From positions 30,243 to 94,242 of the forward strand of contig JBMFRC010000001.1 in NCBI GenBank assembly GCA_049968235.1: a stretch of 64,000 bases of DNA. Reading direction: 5' to 3'. The position numbers and the translations under genes were made by a program. Numbering within the stretch: the first letter of the stretch is position 1; each line of letters opens with the position of its first letter. This document shows, piece by piece, positions 62,495 to 64,000 of this stretch. The stretch comes from Candidatus Hydrogenedens sp. (lineage in GTDB: Bacteria > Hydrogenedentota > Hydrogenedentia > Hydrogenedentales > Hydrogenedentaceae). The notes below the pieces were generated by a model that was not told the DNA's origin, searched no databases, and saw only the letters and a program-made list of their open reading frames with translations.

Positions 62495-64000
62495 TTATAC
62501 GATTTGTTTTACAAAGAATATCATCCCGACTACAATGCACCAGATGAGTGTAAAGCCTATCATTCCCTGTAAGGAAGGATAGGGGATTTCTATACTTTTG
62601 AAGGGCAAAAGTTTTTTGTGTTCGCCGGGTTCAATTCCTTCGGGAAGTGTAAAAGGAGCAACATGTTTTTCCCCTTTTTTAACGGGGGTATATAAACAGG
62701 TATATATTCGATTTAAGTTTTCCTCAGGAACAGGCTTTGTTAATAAACTTACCAGAATCCCCAGTGAGAAACCTGTAGTTAGATAGAAGGTCATCTGCCA
62801 TGAAAGTCTTAATTTCTCCTGCCATAACATAAATTCAGGTAAGTTCTGGACAGCCCATCCTTGAAATGCAGGTAGAGAAGTGATAACAAACACAGCAAAA
62901 CTTCCGAGTGTTGAAGCCCAGGCAGATTGCGGTGTTGTTCGCCTCCAAAATAAACCTAACCAGAAAATAGGTCCCATCATTGCTTGCAGGGAAAAGAATA
63001 TTTCTAATCCGCGGGGGACATTGGGAACCTGAAAAGCAAAAATAATTCCCACTACCACAATTACAACAGAGGCAATTCTCCCTACTGTAATATAATGTTG
63101 TTCAGATTTATCTTTAACCCAATAACGACGATATAGGTTTTGTGTAAATAAAGCGGATGACGAGACCATAAATGCATCACAGGAGGACATTACAGAAGCC
63201 ACCAGGGCAGAGATAAATAATCCCAATAAACCGGGTGCGATACCCGGTAAAAAGTCACGGGCAATCATGCCAAAGACCTGGTCTGTTTGTTTTCCGGTAA
63301 GATTGGGATATAATGCAACAGCACAGAGTCCTGTAAATGCCCATGCTATTGTACAAAAACGCTTTAATAGATTCCCTCCTGTTAGCCCAACTCTTCCATC
63401 CATCTCTGTTCTTCCTGCAGAACAATTTCCTAAAATGTGCGGTTGTGTAACAACGCCTACCAGTGCATTAAAACAGAGAACGATAACATAAAAGAGGTTG
63501 ATTTCTCCCGGGGCAACTAATTGTAGCATTTCCGGATTGCCAATTTTGTCCCGCAACCCTTCAATGCCACCTACTGCTTGAAAAACAAGCGGTAATAACA
63601 TGAATGAAAAGATAACTGTTAATATTCCTTGAATAAAATCTGTAATAATCGCTGCACCCAATCCTCCTGCTACTCCATATAGAATAAAAATTCCGCTCAC
63701 AAAAAGAATGGAAATATACCTGGGAATAGCCCCACCTGTTAACGCTTCAATTGTGGCACTGGCACCTAACTGGATAACTCCTATGTTGACTGTTAATTGT
63801 ATTACTCCAACAACAGCATAAAGAGCCCCGACACCGGGACTAAAGCGTGCTTCAAAATAATCTCCCATTGTAAGAATACGCATCCGTCGCAATATAGGAG
63901 GTATTAGCCAGTAGAACGGGGTGCAAAATAGCCATAGCCATTGATACCAGATACCGGAAATACCATTGGTATAAACTTTTGAGGATACACCCACAGCATC
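62495..64000 (-). CDS. Sodium:solute symporter family transporter (5' end probably beyond window)
   Basis: Multi-TM protein with SSF-like motifs. The ORF is still open at the window edge. Confidence 0.7.
   Translation of the reverse strand, partial: DAVGVSSKVYTNGISGIWYQWLWLFCTPFYWLIPPILRRMRILTMGDYFEARFSPGVGALYAVVGVIQLTVNIGVIQLGASATIEALTGGAIPRYISILFVSGIFILYGVAGGLGAAIITDFIQGILTVIFSFMLLPLVFQAVGGIEGLRDKIGNPEMLQLVAPGEINLFYVIVLCFNALVGVVTQPHILGNCSAGRTEMDGRVGLTGGNLLKRFCTIAWAFTGLCAVALYPNLTGKQTDQVFGMIARDFLPGIAPGLLGLFISALVASVMSSCDAFMVSSSALFTQNLYRRYWVKDKSEQHYITVGRIASVVIVVVGIIFAFQVPNVPRGLEIFFSLQAMMGPIFWLGLFWRRTTPQSAWASTLGSFAVFVITSLPAFQGWAVQNLPEFMLWQEKLRLSWQMTFYLTTGFSLGILVSLLTKPVPEENLNRIYTCLYTPVKKGEKHVAPFTLPEGIEPGEHKKLLPFKSIEIPYPSLQGMIGFTLIWCIVVGMIFFVKQIV

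Overview
This 64-kb window is a low-GC bacterial chromosomal segment, mostly ordinary housekeeping genes with two giant surface-protein genes and one compact anomalous locus. Housekeeping content: addB-addA recombination helicase/nuclease, a heptose/UDP-sugar cluster (gmhA, IMPase-family, UDP-xylose synthase-like), tRNA-Leu(UAG)-tig-clpP, dxs, a complete mrpABCDEFG Na+/H+ antiporter operon, thiolase, acyl-CoA-binding protein, pyruvate phosphate dikinase, ATP sulfurylase, xylulokinase, a sugar ABC transporter, parAB, serS, a sirtuin, tyrS and recO. Two giant secreted proteins (VWA/TSP3-repeat lipoprotein; PKD-domain protein) and several secreted hydrolases are also present. The anomalous part is a decayed, array-less CRISPR-Cas relic at ~15.8-19.4 kb on the minus strand. 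It holds cas2, a frameshifted cas1, a Csm5-like Cas7 RAMP interrupted by an in-frame TAG, and a Csm6-like CARF-domain gene with an in-frame TAG plus frameshifts. There is no cas10 and no repeat array. Only the cas1-cas2 part has an extreme strand asymmetry in base composition: the coding strand is almost devoid of G. That pattern is compatible with G->A (C->T) hypermutation or with a foreign replicon of origin. The relic is flanked by a ~400-bp intergenic element that has a paralogue ~27 kb away, carrying a conserved promoter-like motif and a three-codon mini-ORF. Also noted: a GC-rich terminator-capped candidate ncRNA after an exosortase-like gene, a GACAAGTCGGA palindromic motif family, a small hydrophobic peptide, and an orphan GspF-N-terminus-like mini-protein. 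All calls rest on reading translated ORFs and the sequence by eye; no searches were run.
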